The notes beneath the pieces are model-generated. The model saw only the letters and a list, made by a program, of their open reading frames with translations, was not told the origin of the DNA and searched no databases. A stretch of 64,000 bases of DNA. It comes from Octopus vulgaris (Eukaryota). Positions 1 to 14,200 of the stretch are shown piece after piece; within the stretch, counting starts at the first letter, position 1, and every line of letters starts with the position of its first letter. Both the position numbers and the translations under genes were made by a program. Where the stretch lies: NCBI GenBank assembly GCA_951406725.2, contig OX597838.1, positions 45,198,001 to 45,262,000 on the forward strand, given 5' to 3'.

Positions 1-271
1 TCTTTTAGTGTTTTCCCCATCTGTGTTGGTTTGCTCAATTCTTCGTATCTCAGCAGCTTGGAGAAAGTGATTGTTAAGTTCAGACTTAAAAACCAATAAG
101 AACCCGTGTCGAATTTCTCGACTGAAACCCTTCAGGGCGGTCGCCCAGCTTGGTCACTATCCAATGAGTGGTACGAGTACAAGATCAGATATAAAAGTTA
201 ATAAAACACAGAACGTCGAATAGAATTTAGAATTTCTGAAGCGCAAAGATGTAATAAGATGATAAAGGTGA

Positions 272-315
<44 letters not shown>

Positions 316-320
316 AGTGT

Positions 321-371
<51 letters not shown>

Positions 372-891
372 CGCGCGAAATAAAAAGATTTAAGAAAGCA
401 GCGGTACCGACTCGAAGTAGTAACTAACATGCCATGTCTCATAGATAACAATGCACTTCCCGCTTCAGCATCATTACATCTTGACTTTTCTTCTAATTTG
501 CTACAATTTTAACTCGTGTCACATGAGCAGTTAGCTGGTGTATGCATATGTGCATTCGAGCGCATTTGCCTGATAATACATGCGTAGATAGATATCTATT
601 CAAATACAAATTTAGATACATATCTGTACAGCTATTTTTAAATAGAAAATAGAAATATACATGTATAATGTATAAACCGATATATATATATATGTGTGTA
701 TGTATGTGTGTGTGTGTGTGTATGTATGGTATGTATGTATGGTATGTATGTATGTATACTTACACACTTATATATGTGTGTGTGTGTGTATATATATATG
801 CATATATACATGCATACAAATGTTTGTGCTTGTACATATATATGTAGAGAGAGAAAAAAAATATATATATATACACTCACATGTGTGCGTA

Positions 892-928
<37 letters not shown>

Positions 929-3249
929 GGTCCTTCCTTTGAAATGCTTCAAACATGTTGTGTCAGGTTCGGATGTTTATATCATTGCGCTTCGTATCTT
1001 GTGAATAAAGCTGTTTTAATCCTTTATTCTTCCTCATCAAATCAATGAGAACAACAATAACAACTACAACAACAGAAGTACGGACCGATTCAGCCAACGC
1101 AAAAGCCTCTGCGCTCTCATTCGTCTTGCTAAAAGTGGTAGCCCTCCTACTCCTTACCAAACTTTTCTTACCATTTTCAAATGAAATGATACCAGCTGGT
1201 GGTTTAACCTATTTTATTGACTTCAGGACACAAACAACCGTAAAAAGACGTCCCTAAGCATTTTTACGGAGTTGTAACGATTCTGTTAGCTCGCCACCTT
1301 AAACAATAGCCTAAAATAATTGCAAGTAATTCACCCAAAACCATCAGTTTTAAGGGAGCATAGTAATTATAATATATCGACCACAGTACTTGACAACTAC
1401 TTCATTTTATAGGCCAGAATGGATAAGAGACAGAGTCTGTTCTCGGATCTTAAAAGCCGTAGCAAATTTCTATAGGTGATATTCTCGACTCAATTCCTGT
1501 CACCGGTTTGACGAACTCTGACAAAAACACGAGCATAATGAACGTCATAATGGCTTAACTAAGGCTTCCAACATTTCGATTTTCTACTATAAAGTTATTC
1601 ATTAGCAGCGCCTTTGATCGTGTTCCGTTGTTGTTGCTTATATTTTTATTGTTGCTGTTGTTGTAGTTGTTATTGTTGGTTAGTCGTCGTAGGCGTTATT
1701 GTTATTGCTAGTGATGTTGTGGTCGTTATATTTGTTCTTGTCGCCCAGATCGATAAGGCCTATGATCAATGACATGGCTGCCGTATTCATCCCGTCTTTA
1801 TTAACATTATTTTTTTGTCTCTATCAGAGTATGATTAGAACTTTTTCAATATGCCTTTCATTTTTAATATATATATTTTAATCTATATTCTTTATTATTT
1901 TTCTTTTTTTTCCTGCTTCCTGAGGTTTGAGGGTGGGACAGTTACCATGGCCTTCACTGACACTTCGAGATCGTTAAGATTGATGTCATTAATTTTCTTC
2001 TTTATGTTCTGCATTCAAGTGCTACCGACGGCCTGTTCTTTAATCCTTTGAGATGGATGGGTGGATGGGTGGATGGGTGCGTTTTTGTGTGTATATGAAG
2101 ACTGCGGTCGACGTAATTGACTTACCCCCTCCCTTACACGTTGCTGGCTGGCTGGCTAGGCCAAAATTTGAGAGCATTGATCTTCGACTTGAAGATATAT
2201 GCATCATATATGATATAAATTACCTTTCTTTTCAACGACCAGAATAACGTGGAATTTATAAAAGGGAAGACGTATATTACTCAGATCGTACGAAACAATG
2301 CTTTACTACAAGTCTCAAAACAGACGTTTAGGAAAAACGCATGAAAATGCTTTGGAAGTCGTAAAGAATTCCTTGTAGAGCAAACCTGGAATCAATAGCA
2401 TTCCTGCAGCTGTAACCCACTCCATTTGCCAACTGATTAAGGAACTGAATAATGAACCTTGTTAAGCGTTTGCCACGGTGATTAGTTTCGGGTATTTCTT
2501 CACACGTATTCTATATCGGTTGGTTCAAAGTTTAACATCATTATCCCGCTGCCGCCGATTCAGTCCCTTACGCCTTCCGAGGCTGAATATTGGCATGATG
2601 TTATCCCAAGTCTCTCGAATTACTGGTAGCAGATATGACCAAAGTATGGTTTAGTTTCCACTTGCACCCAATGTATTACAAGCAGAGATGATTGCCTATT
2701 AATTAGAGACTGTTTGATCTAAGACCTCTGCTTCCGTCTTAACAGACTATGGATCTGGACGGCACACTTCGTATTCCACCAAACACAGCATAAGTTTATT
2801 CGAGTTTAGTGCTAGCTTGTGGATGGATTCTCATTATTTTTTTTTTTTATTGGATGCTGAACATTTTCGTGGGATCCGATTATAGAAGCACAATTTCAAC
2901 AAGGCTCGGTAGCTAGTCAAATCTTTAATGATGAGCAGAGGTCATTTCATTGACTCCGCTCAGAAGCAATCAAAGGATGAGTAACAAATTCAGCAATTTC
3001 AGACAATTTTCTTAATTTATGATACTGCTTTATGACCAACGTGTGACCTGAACTGAAAATTTGCAGATTCTCGTGCAGTTTGCTTTAAATTTACCTCAAC
3101 TACGGTTTCAAGAAACTGATCGCCGAAGGTGCTGCGCCGTGGGACTGAACTCGGAATCATACGTTTCGAAAGCAAACTTCTTACCACACAGCCACGCCTG
3201 CACATTATATATACATTATACATACATACATACATATATATATACATAC

Positions 3250-3364
<115 letters not shown>

Positions 3365-3371
3365 TATATGT

Positions 3372-3880
3372 ATAGTGAATGGAAGAAATGGAGTTGAACG
3401 AAGATTGTACAGAATTCCTTTTATTACATTCTACACATGTTTCAAGGCCACAAATTTCCAAATTCTGATTAAATAAGGGTACCATATTGTGGCTTTCTCT
3501 TCAGGAAAAAACAGGAATTCCGTTGACAGAACAAAACAAAACTGTTCTGTTTTGTTTTGTTCTGTCAACGGAATTCCTGTTTTTTCCTGAAGAGAAAGCC
3601 ACAATATGGTACCCTTATTTAATCAGAATTTGGAAATTTGTGGCCTTTGAAACATGTGTAGAATGTAATAAAAGGAATTCTGTACAATCTTCGTTCAACT
3701 CCATTTCTTCCAATCACTATTAATATTAAACTTCAATTATCCGCACCAACGCACGGTTGCAACACCAAATGGTCTTATCTCCAACCGTGCTTTTTTCTGC
3801 TGGGATTTTTGCTACCCAGGTATCGGTTAAACTTTTGAATAATCTGTAACAAGAAAATTCATCTTTCTATTTCAACAAAT
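3372..3880 (+). mobile_element. Fold-back PLE-type non-coding insert (171/172-bp inverted arms 3372-3542 and 3549-3720, plus unique 3' tail) within a (TA)n tract
   Basis: Arms are near-perfect reverse complements around a 6-nt loop. Each arm carries an HHR motif. (TA)n lies on both sides, and the sequence is related to 16046-16590 and 23096-23620. Confidence 0.8.
3584..3663 (+). ncRNA. Type I hammerhead ribozyme motif (mirror copy on minus strand at about 3429-3507)
   Basis: ttc-CTGAAGA-GAAAGCCACAA...TTGTGGCCTTT-GAAA-CATGTG-TA-gaa gives the core, stem II, a short stem III and a GUA cleavage triplet. Confidence 0.75.
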
Positions 3881-5408
3881 AAATATATATGTATATATAT
3901 ATATATGTATGTATATATATATATAAATATATATATATATATGTATATATAGCCCTGCATTTATAATTGTATATATCTCTTCTTTTTAGAGGACGTACAT
4001 CTGTGTATGTGTATCTATATATCAGTGTGTGTATGCGCGCGTCTTTGTGTCCATATGTGTGCGGTGTATCTTTCCAAAAGTTAAACTTGTTATCCACTAC
4101 TGTCATTCCAGCACTAACATCTCTTACCTTTTCCAGTTAAACTATTTAAAAGTGTTTAACTCTTTAACGTAGATGATACTACAGATAACATAAAATGATG
4201 CAAGGTTAGATATCACGTTCCAACATTCTGATAATCTTTTTACTTTATGTTCGTTTTATCATTCTTCCACTCTCACATTCTTTTACGTTAATATTTATTT
4301 TGAAATAAGTTTTATGCGATCATTGCTGGTTATTTTTGTTTTATTTTATTTTATTTTTATCATTATTATTTCTAAGGCGTTTCTTTCCTTGGACTTTTCT
4401 TCTCTACAGTTCTCCATTTCATTCGTTCCTCTCATTCAACAAACTGTTCATTCTTCTTTTCTTTTTTAGCTTGTATTTTGAGTCTCATTCAAACGCGTCA
4501 GTAATGGTCGTTTAAGTAGCTTCTGTCTTCTCTTTTTAACCTTTCTTTTCATACATTTTCTAGCCTTCTTATTCCAGTATTCGTCCTATTCCTGTAAATT
4601 TTCTCGTTCCTTTATTCCTACATTCTTTTATATATTTATTTTAATTCTTTTATTAAACAGTGAAATTCAAAGCAGATAAAACCATTACTAATAGCGTGTG
4701 AAATATTTAGATTCACCTTTTGGGATGAAAAAGTCTAAGACTGCCTCACTTTTCTGTCAAAAAGGTTTTTTTTTTTACTCAAATTTACACACTAATTTTT
4801 ATAGCTTTATCTGCTTCGAGTTTCACCGTTCTAAAAAATTATTATTTCAAATTCTTTCGAAGTTTTAAAATTCCTATGAAGTTAATATTTATATATTTTA
4901 ATCTTTCGCTCGTTGTTTCAAATATTGGGGGTTTTATCTCTTTTTTCATAATTCACTCATTTCTCATTCTTTATTCCTCTATTCCCGTTTGAAGGTTTTT
5001 CCTTTTACCATTTATTCACTAATCCATTTATCATTTTGATTTCAGTTGGTTTTTCTTCTTTATCTATAATTTCATTTCTTAATTTTCAGTTTCATTCTGT
5101 GTCTCTGCAGCTTTTAGAAATACCTTTCGTTAGTCTGAAACAAAGAACTCCTCTTAATTTAACGGCAGCAACATAAAATTCTGTAAGCATATGAGGGAAA
5201 GAATATAAGAATAAAGTGGACTGCAGCCTTGCTGGGGCATCGCTGTGAAGGGTTTGGTCGAACGAATTGACCTTACTGTTTATTTTTCAAGTGTTGCACT
5301 TAGCATCTCGGTTTTCTTTTCTAATCATCTAATTGACGGTAAAGGAAACAAACCCACTCTGGTTGTGAAGTAGTGTTGGAAGACAAACCGAAACACACGC
5401 GCGCGCAT

Positions 5409-5457
<49 letters not shown>

Positions 5458-5863
5458 GTGTTGCGATTAGATTTGGCTAATTTCCCTATGCCTTTTTTCA
5501 TATTAATGTATTGCGGAGCAGTCAACAGCGTGGGAGAGCATAAAGATTAAAGTTGAAATTAAAAAAGAGTTAGCTGATATGAGAACTAGAAGCTATCCAA
5601 ATATTGGAAAAGACTTAAGTGTGTTCAAAATGCTGATATCATGAGAACTGCGCAATGGTCTGTGAACATTAGAAAGGTAGGCAGACCCGATATGGACTAC
5701 AGCAACTGACGCTACGAACCTGTGGCTTCCACAAAGTTTCCATCTACCAAATTCTCTCACAAGGCATTGGTCGGCCTGTATATATGCGTACGTGTGCGTG
5801 TATGTATACATATTTGAGCGTGCGTGCGTGTGTGTGTATGTGTGTGTGTGTGCGTGTGTATGA

Positions 5864-5901
<38 letters not shown>

Positions 5902-6198
5902 GTGTGTAAAGTAAGACAGGCAGCGAGTGAAAGAGTGAGGAGAGTAGTGGATATAAAAATGGAACTCTACAAGATACGAAGACATTTTGCGATAATAATT
6001 TCTTTTATTCCTTTATTCTTTCACACGTTTCAGTCAGTTGACTGTGGCTATGCTGGAGCACCGCCTTTAGTCGAAGAAATCGACCGCAGTATATATTCTT
6101 TGTAAGCCTAGTACTTACTCTATCGTTTTCTTTTGCCAAACCGCTAGGTTTCGGGGACATAAACACACCAACATCACAAAGACACACACGCACACATA

Positions 6199-6257
<59 letters not shown>

Positions 6258-6559
6258 ATATGTCTGATGATACCTTATCGTCGCGAAATTTCGAAGTCAC
6301 TCTCAATGCAATCTTTGTTAAAGGATAAATTTGCATTCTATTAAATATATATAGTAATCATTCAATACGAAGGAAAACTGTTTTAATATAGTATAAAGAC
6401 TAACACACATGTACACACACACACACACATACATATATGTATATAATACCTCACATATAAATGCATGAAAGTGAATGATGGTATGCTTGTGGTTATTTTT
6501 AATATTATGTAGCTGACACCACATTACTGTCCTTGAAGATCAGCTGGTATATATACACG

Positions 6560-8035
6560 ATGGCTGCCCGCACGTTATCGAGTATGACCATTGCACGAAG
6601 CTTAACTGTTATTGGTGCTGTGATCGAATGTGACTTTTTAGTCCAGCTAAAGATATTCAATGTCTTGTACAGAATTGGCAACTAAAACCTTTACCGGTAA
6701 TAACCGGCTGTAGTTGTAACTGTGCTTCATGTACCTTTGCATGTCGTTTAAGTCCTCCCACCGAATTTCACTCTTTTCCACATGCCTGACAGATATGATT
6801 AGTATGGTGTGTAACACCACCACCAGTGGCCTGGTTGTCACTCATCTGTCTCGCTTTATGACTGCGAAGATGACTCTTGAGTCCAGCTTTACTGAAGCAG
6901 GGTCTTGCACAGACACTGCATGTCAGCATCATAGGAAGACCCTTCTCATCTGGAAGTGTAACAGCGACGCCCTTCCTGACATTCCTCCTTACTTTCTTAT
7001 GCGCAACTCGAGATTTCTCAAAAGTAGCTGTCCCCTCGAGCACAATCCTTCTCCACCTGCTACGATCAATAGATATGCCCTCCCATGTGTCAGGAGAGAT
7101 GCAAGCATCTCTTAAGGAAGCCTTCAGCAAGTCCTTATACCTCCTTTTTGGTTTATGTGGAGGTCGTTCTCCTTTAGCTAACTCATTGAATCCTTCATCC
7201 TGACCAGATGACCATCTGAGCCTTTGCTTTAACACAAGAGCTTCTATACTTTCGCACTGAGAGCCTTCCAATATTTCAAGATCATTGATGCGGTCCTCCC
7301 ACTTAATGCCATAGATCCGTCTGAGACACATCTGATGGAAACGTTCCAGTTGTGTAAGGTGGTATCGATATGTGACCCGCGTCTCGCAGGCATAGAGAAG
7401 AGAAGGGAGTACACATGCCTTGTACACCTTTATCTTTGTCTTCCTGCATATGTCTCGCCGACTCCAGAGGCGCCTTTCTAGCCTTCCGAAAGCATCACTC
7501 GCTTTCCTTATTCTGTATGGAATTTCATCATCCAAATTGCCATATCTATTAACAGTGCTTCCCGGGTAGACAAACTGATCAACTATATCAAGTCGTTTAC
7601 CATACGCATAGATATTTGGTACACTATACTGCTTACCAGGCGCAGTTTGGTACATGAAAACAGTTTTCTTGAGATTGACCGTCAATCCTAAGGCACTGCA
7701 AGCATCAGAGAATGCATTCAAAATGTGTTGCATATCAATCTCTGTGTGCACTACTAGATCACAATCATCTGCATACAAAAGGTCTTTTATGATAGAGGTA
7801 AATACCTTTGTTTTTGCAGCAAAGCGCCTGATATTAAATATGCTGCCAGAGGTTCGATAATGGGTGTAAACACCATATCTGCAGTTTCTGAATGCAATAC
7901 AGAAAACCATCGCAAAATATATGCCAGAATATCCCCTTGTTTCACTCCATTTTGTATTGAAATGGGCTCCGACATTTTCCTTCTAACATTAACCCTACCC
8001 TTCATGTCTTCATGAAAAGACCTAACCAAAGCTAG
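6560..8035 (-). mobile_element. RTE-clade LINE, 3' part (RT C-terminal half plus C2H2 zinc fingers), degraded
   Basis: ORF 6768-7910 has LLYADDC, KVYKACVLPSLLYACE and CSVCARPCFSKAGLKSHLRSH. GVKQGDIL lies upstream in another frame. Confidence 0.92.
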
Positions 8036-8419
8036 TGAATCTGTACCTGAGGACTGGAGAGATACAGTAAAGGTGGTCTGGTATAAGGGAAAGGGAAACA
8101 GGAGTGATTGTAGTAACAACAGGGAAATTTCATTGCTTTCTGTCGTAGGAAAGGTTTTATGCAGGGTATTTCTGGATCATCTGCTGAAACACGTTGCAGA
8201 TTGTGTTCTTCCAGAAAGTCAATCTGTCTTTCGTGTGGGACCTGGCACTGCTGATATGATCTTTTCAGTTAGACAGCTTCAAGAGAAGTGTGTGGAACAG
8301 GGTCTGGATTTGTATCAGGTTTTTGTCGATCTGACAAAAGCCTTTAATACTGTTAATAGAAAAGCATTGTTGAAAGTCCCCCAGAAACTTGGGCGTCCTG
8401 AAAAGTTCCTTGCTTTGGT
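8033..8419 (+). mobile_element. Inverted 5' segment of the same RTE LINE (RT N-terminal motifs)
   Basis: VPEDWRD..YKGKGNRSDCSNNREISLLSVVGK..LPESQ..DMIFSVRQLQEKC..FVDLTKAFNTV..KFLALV continues directly into LALVRSFHEDM on the minus strand. Confidence 0.9.
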
Positions 8420-8442
8420 ATATATACATATATACAAACACA

Positions 8443-8476
<34 letters not shown>

Positions 8477-8972
8477 TTATGTATGTCTTTATATGTATAT
8501 CAGTATAGTTCTTAGAAATTTTAGCCTGTCACTTTATGCAAGCGCGATATTTCCATTAAAAAATGTAACAGTATGATGATAATATATGCAAGAACGTTCA
8601 TGGTTTGAATCTTTTCTAGGAAAACGACAAAAATAAAGATTCTGTAATACAGATGTGTAGATAACTTTAAGACGTTTACAAAACAGTACACCGAGAAGAG
8701 AGATGTAGGTATATGCGCATTAAACTAATTGGCTTAACATAGATAACATAAGCATTTATATATTAACGTGCATACGTAGACAAGTACATAAACAGAGGAG
8801 GAATCACACACATACACACATGGAAGCAAACAAGCGCACACGCACATATATGTACGTAGATATATAATTCATATTCATAAATATATGTATGCATATACAC
8901 ATGTGTCTATGATTTCATATGTATATATAGCTGTGTGTTTCTGTGTGGAGGGAGTGAATATTTGTGTGTGTA

Positions 8973-9032
<60 letters not shown>

Positions 9033-9228
9033 TGTTCACATATATGCTTACAAATATACATGCTTACATACATTATATATATATATATATATATATAAAC
9101 CAGCTCAGAGAAGAAGGAGAAACGAAACGAAACGAAACGAATCGAATCGACGCTAGGGCGCTCAGTCATACAATAGTGTAATAAATAAAATATATATGTA
9201 CGTACCTACATCTACATGTATATATACA

Positions 9229-9286
<58 letters not shown>

Positions 9287-9327
9287 CATGTTCACATATA
9301 TACTTACATATATACATGCATACATGC

Positions 9328-9373
<46 letters not shown>

Positions 9374-9403
9374 CATACACATATATACATAAATACTTGT
9401 AAA

Positions 9404-9634
9404 GGTGGCGAGCTGGCAGAAACGTTAGCGCGCTGGGCGAAATGCTTAGCGGTATTTCGTCTGTCGTTACGTTCTGAGTTCAAATTCCGCTGAGGTCAAC
9501 TTTGCCTTTCATCCTTTCGGGGTTGATAAATAAAATACCAGTTATGCACTGAGGCCGACGTAATCAACTTAAGCTGTTTGTCTGTCCTTGTTTGTCCTCT
9601 CTATGTTTAGCCCCTTGTTGGCAGTAAAGAAATA
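9404..9634 (+). mobile_element. tRNA-derived SINE family A, full length, with 12-bp target-site duplication
   Basis: A-box-like GGCGAGCTGGCAGA, B-box-like GAGTTCAAATTCC and central GCCTTTCATCCTTTCGGGGT..GATAAA domain. ATAAATACTTGT is duplicated at 9389-9400 and 9632-9643. Confidence 0.85.
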
Positions 9635-9799
9635 AATACTTGTCATTACATTTTTAATCAACCAAATATGGTTTGATCCACCGTGTTCCTGTTCGGCGTG
9701 TTGGTACAGAATCGATGAGCTTTTACCTTCCTTGAGTTCTCTCCAATGTCCATTTACCTGCTCTCCTATGCTTCTTGCGTTTCCCCTACGTATGTCGTT

Positions 9800-10500
9800 G
9801 TCTTGTTACTGCATCGTCCCTCTATCAACAACATAGAAATTAAAATATTGCCCACACATAGAACAGATGCAACAATCAGACAATTTACAGAAGCTACACA
9901 CATAATAGAAAATAAACCTAGCCTGAATAGGAATCTGGAATGGAACACACAAAAACATATGACGGTAGAGGATCCCGAAAACAATAAATACACACATAAA
10001 TAAACAAATAGAAATAAATAACTATATATGTTTTTTATTTATTTATTATTATTATTATTACTAGTATTGTTGTTATACATACATACAAGCATATGTAATG
10101 ATAATAATAAGTGGATGTAAACACATGAACAAAATAAGAATAAACAAAAACAACAACAACAAAAACAAATTACATGAACGTATATAAACAGAGGATACAA
10201 ATATTACAGGCACCCCTCCACACACACTAAATAAACATAGACGCTCATAGAGATATAAGCATGCGCAAATGAAGACATACAATAGAAATACAAAATGGCT
10301 GACGGTTAGTAAGGAGAGACACAAATAAGAAAGAAGAAAACAAAGGACCACTGATGCGGTCACAGGAGTGTGACGAAAGAACTCTGGCCGAAATAAGATT
10401 AAGATTAATGTAAAAAATAAATAACACTGAAGCAAAATAACACCAAATATATAGTGCGTGTGTTTTTATTGGCTAAACTGGCAAAATGACCATTCCGAAA
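9800..10500 (+). mobile_element. PLE 3' fragment (GIY-YIG C-terminus, 3' UTR and HHR)
   Basis: IKIL...RQFTEATHIIENKPSLN resembles the R..E..I...P.LN end of GIY-YIG. An HHR motif follows, and the element ends at (TA)n. Confidence 0.65.
10346..10389 (+). ncRNA. Minimal type I hammerhead ribozyme motif, one core substitution
   Basis: cca-CTGATGC-g-GTCACA ggag TGTGAC-GAAA-GAAC-TC-tgg. Confidence 0.65.
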
Positions 10501-10519
10501 TATAACAATATATATATAC

Positions 10520-10625
<106 letters not shown>

Positions 10626-11159
10626 TTCTTGTGTGTCATAAGTTAGAGGATTCGTGTCAACTGGTATGATTAAAATCCCTTTTGGTTAATTAACTAATTA
10701 TTAATTTTTCACGATTTATACCATTAGTGTTTTGTACAATATTACGTGTATTTGTGTATTTGCATACATGCATGAAGTGGAGGTACCTGCGTATGTGTAT
10801 GTGTGTATGTGTGTGTGCAATTGTGTATCTGTGCATGTGTGTAAAAACGAGGACGTTATTTGCTAATAAACACATATGAACGTATGAAGCTGATGTATTT
10901 GTGATTATTCATAACATGTATGTAGTTGATATTACATGAATGTCGTTGATAACACGCTGGTATCCCTTAAAACCAGGTGGGAGTGAAATTCCAGCAACTC
11001 ATACACCTTTTTCATTCTGATCTTTCATTGAAACCATATTTTGTTCACTCTCTATATCGCTCTCATTATACTGAACACAAGCCTTTTCATAATTTATTTA
11101 TTTATTTATTTATCTATTTGTTTATTCGCTTACATATGCATTCTATCATATACTATGCA

Positions 11160-12530
11160 TTCTAAAGCTGGCTTCCTGGACAGCCACAAACTACTAATTT
11201 TAAACCAGCATAGCTTTTGCTGCGGCAGGGACTATCAAATACAGGTCTTACACCACATCTATGATAAACTTAAAGCCTTGGGAGTCAGGTACGAACTCTG
11301 ATGTCATATATCATGACTTCAGTAAAGCGTTCAACAGAGTTGACCATAATATCCTACTGTCAAAATGGACAAATTTTGGAATCCATGGAAAACTTCTACA
11401 CTGAATTGAGTGTTTCCTGGTGAACAGAATACATGTTATGGTCGATGGAATCCACTCAAACCCAGAAAAAGTCACCAGTGGTGTACTTCAGGGGACTGTC
11501 TTGAATCTGCTTCTGTTTATAGTTTCTGTTTCCAGCGTAATAAAACACAGCATAGTGAAAATAATTGCTGATGACTCTAAGCTCCAGAAAATTATCAATG
11601 AAGAAGAAAACCAAACTCAACTCCAGTCTGATCTATATTCTGTGAGTCAATGGGCAAACAAAAACAAAATGCAACTAAACGAGGGAAAATTTGAGCAGAT
11701 GAATTTTGAGTAAAAGACTATGCTAAAACAGCCATAATCTCTTCCTTCAGGGGAACCTAGCACAGCATCTAACAATATCAGAGACCTACGACTAATTGCT
11801 GATAACAATCTCAGTTGGAGTGCCCAAATCAACATTAAGGTCGATATAGCGCGTAGGATGAGCTCCTGGATGCTAAGAACCGAACGGTCCAGAGAACAAG
11901 GTGTCATAATTCTCCGCCTTCGTACGGCCACACATCGAATACTGCTGCCGCCTGTGGTCTCCCCATACAAAACAAAACATCTCGAAAATTGAATCACACC
12001 AGAGGTATTTCACTAAAATAATTAAGGGCATGGGTCATTCACTAAACGAATTAAGGGCATGACTGATCTCGATAACTGGGACCGCCTTAAAGCATTGAAA
12101 CTCTATTCTCTCCAGTGCCGCCGTGAGTGGTACATCATTTGCACGATGTGGAAAACATACCACTGGCATTGCGCAAACGACCTCAACATTAGCTTCAAAA
12201 TTCATCAAGGGTGAGACCACAGGCCATACGTTCCCTACCCAATTCAGGATCACGACACATAAATACACTGCTACACAATTTCTTTTCCTCAACAGGCCCT
12301 GCCCTATTTCACATTGTCCCGAAACAGATCAAATAGGAAAAGGACCCCATTATCCGTAAACGGAATCTGGACAAATTTCTTCAACGAATACCAGACGATC
12401 CACCCATACCTGGATACAATTCACTCAACAAGAACTCACTACTCGAATGGACCATGATAGGTTCTATTAAGTTGGACATGGCCCGGACCAATCTTTGATC
12501 GAAACACATCTAAGTTTATCAAAGTTGTAT
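11160..12530 (+). mobile_element. CR1-group LINE, 5'-truncated and degraded RT
   Basis: DFSKAFNRVDHNILL, VTSGVLQGTVL, IADDSKL, LQSDL..VSQWA..NKMQLN, with many stops and frameshifts. Confidence 0.85.
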
Positions 12531-12733
12531 CAATCACCTTAATTAATACTAGACTGGTAAACCTGTCACTCTTTCAATATTAGCTCTTACTATGCATATC
12601 TTACTTGACAAAATTATTTTATTACTTACTTTTATATTTTTCTTATTATTTGGCATTTTTTCTTTACGTGTTCGTTTATTTTTTAATTCACTGTACGTAT
12701 ATGTATATATATATATACGTGTGTGTGTGTGTT

Positions 12734-12807
<74 letters not shown>

Positions 12808-12820
12808 CATAGATAGATAC

Positions 12821-12885
<65 letters not shown>

Positions 12886-13245
12886 CATAGATAGATAGAC
12901 ATAGATAGACATAGATAGACATAGATAGATAGGGTCAGTTTACTCTCTGTACTAGAGTTTATGCTATTAATCACCCTATATCGTTCTGAAGAACAGTTTG
13001 TTGGTTCCCATATCAGAACCATTCTACATATGGCTATAAAGACGCGTATTTTTATTAATATATGTGTGTATATGTATATTGTAAATGTGTGGTTATATTG
13101 ATGTAAGTAACATCTCTTATATAACTAACTCGATTATTAAGCAGCTGTAAACGTGTGTGATAAACATCTACTTTCTCACAATGCTTCTCTTATCTGTTCA
13201 ATTTATAGACGTTACATATATATGCGCGTGCGCGTGTGTGTACAG

Positions 13246-13280
<35 letters not shown>

Positions 13281-13281
13281 C

Positions 13282-13441
<160 letters not shown>

Positions 13442-13927
13442 GGATAGATAGATAGATAGGACATGTATATGTGGCGGTGGGGAACAAGTTTAGAAATATT
13501 ATTATTAAATCATTTGAACTGCATATGCATCCCTACATTCATAAAAGCACACAGACAACATTGATCCATTGAGATGTATTCATAAATAGATAGACGCATA
13601 AGATATCGATTGCTATTTTATTTTATTTTTTTATTTCATCTAGTTTCAGCTGACGAGCTGTGGCCAGGCTGGGGCACCGCCATAATACTGCTATACAGTA
13701 TTATGTGCAATATTATCTTGTCTTTTACTTGTTGCAATCATTAGACTGCGACCATGCTGGGGCACTGCCTTGAAGAATTCTAGTCAAACGAATCGACCCC
13801 AAGACTTATATATCTTTTTTTCTTTTTAAGCATCATACTTACTCTACGTTTCATTTTTGTCGAACTACTACATTATAGTGGTGTAAAGACACCAACACTG
13901 CTTGTCAAGCAGAGATAGGGGGTTAAA

Positions 13928-13971
<44 letters not shown>

Positions 13972-13979
13972 CATATACA

Positions 13980-14010
<31 letters not shown>

Positions 14011-14028
14011 GTATATTAAATATATACA

Positions 14029-14200
14029 CATTCATGCTTACAAGGACCGTAATCACCCGGAAGCAGCGCTCGAGTTATCCCATACTGAGTCGAGTCGACC
14101 CCACTGAAGAGGCTAGGGCAAAATGCCGAAACCCACCGATCAGAATGGGAATATCTTGACCGCTGCTTCCGGATGATCACAGTCCTTCTTAATATGTATG
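14029..14200 (+). mobile_element. Short fold-back element enclosing an HHR-like core
   Basis: Imperfect inverted arms at about 14029-14088 and 14140-14200 surround CTGAAGA-GGC..GCC-GAAAC (14104-14132). Confidence 0.6.
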
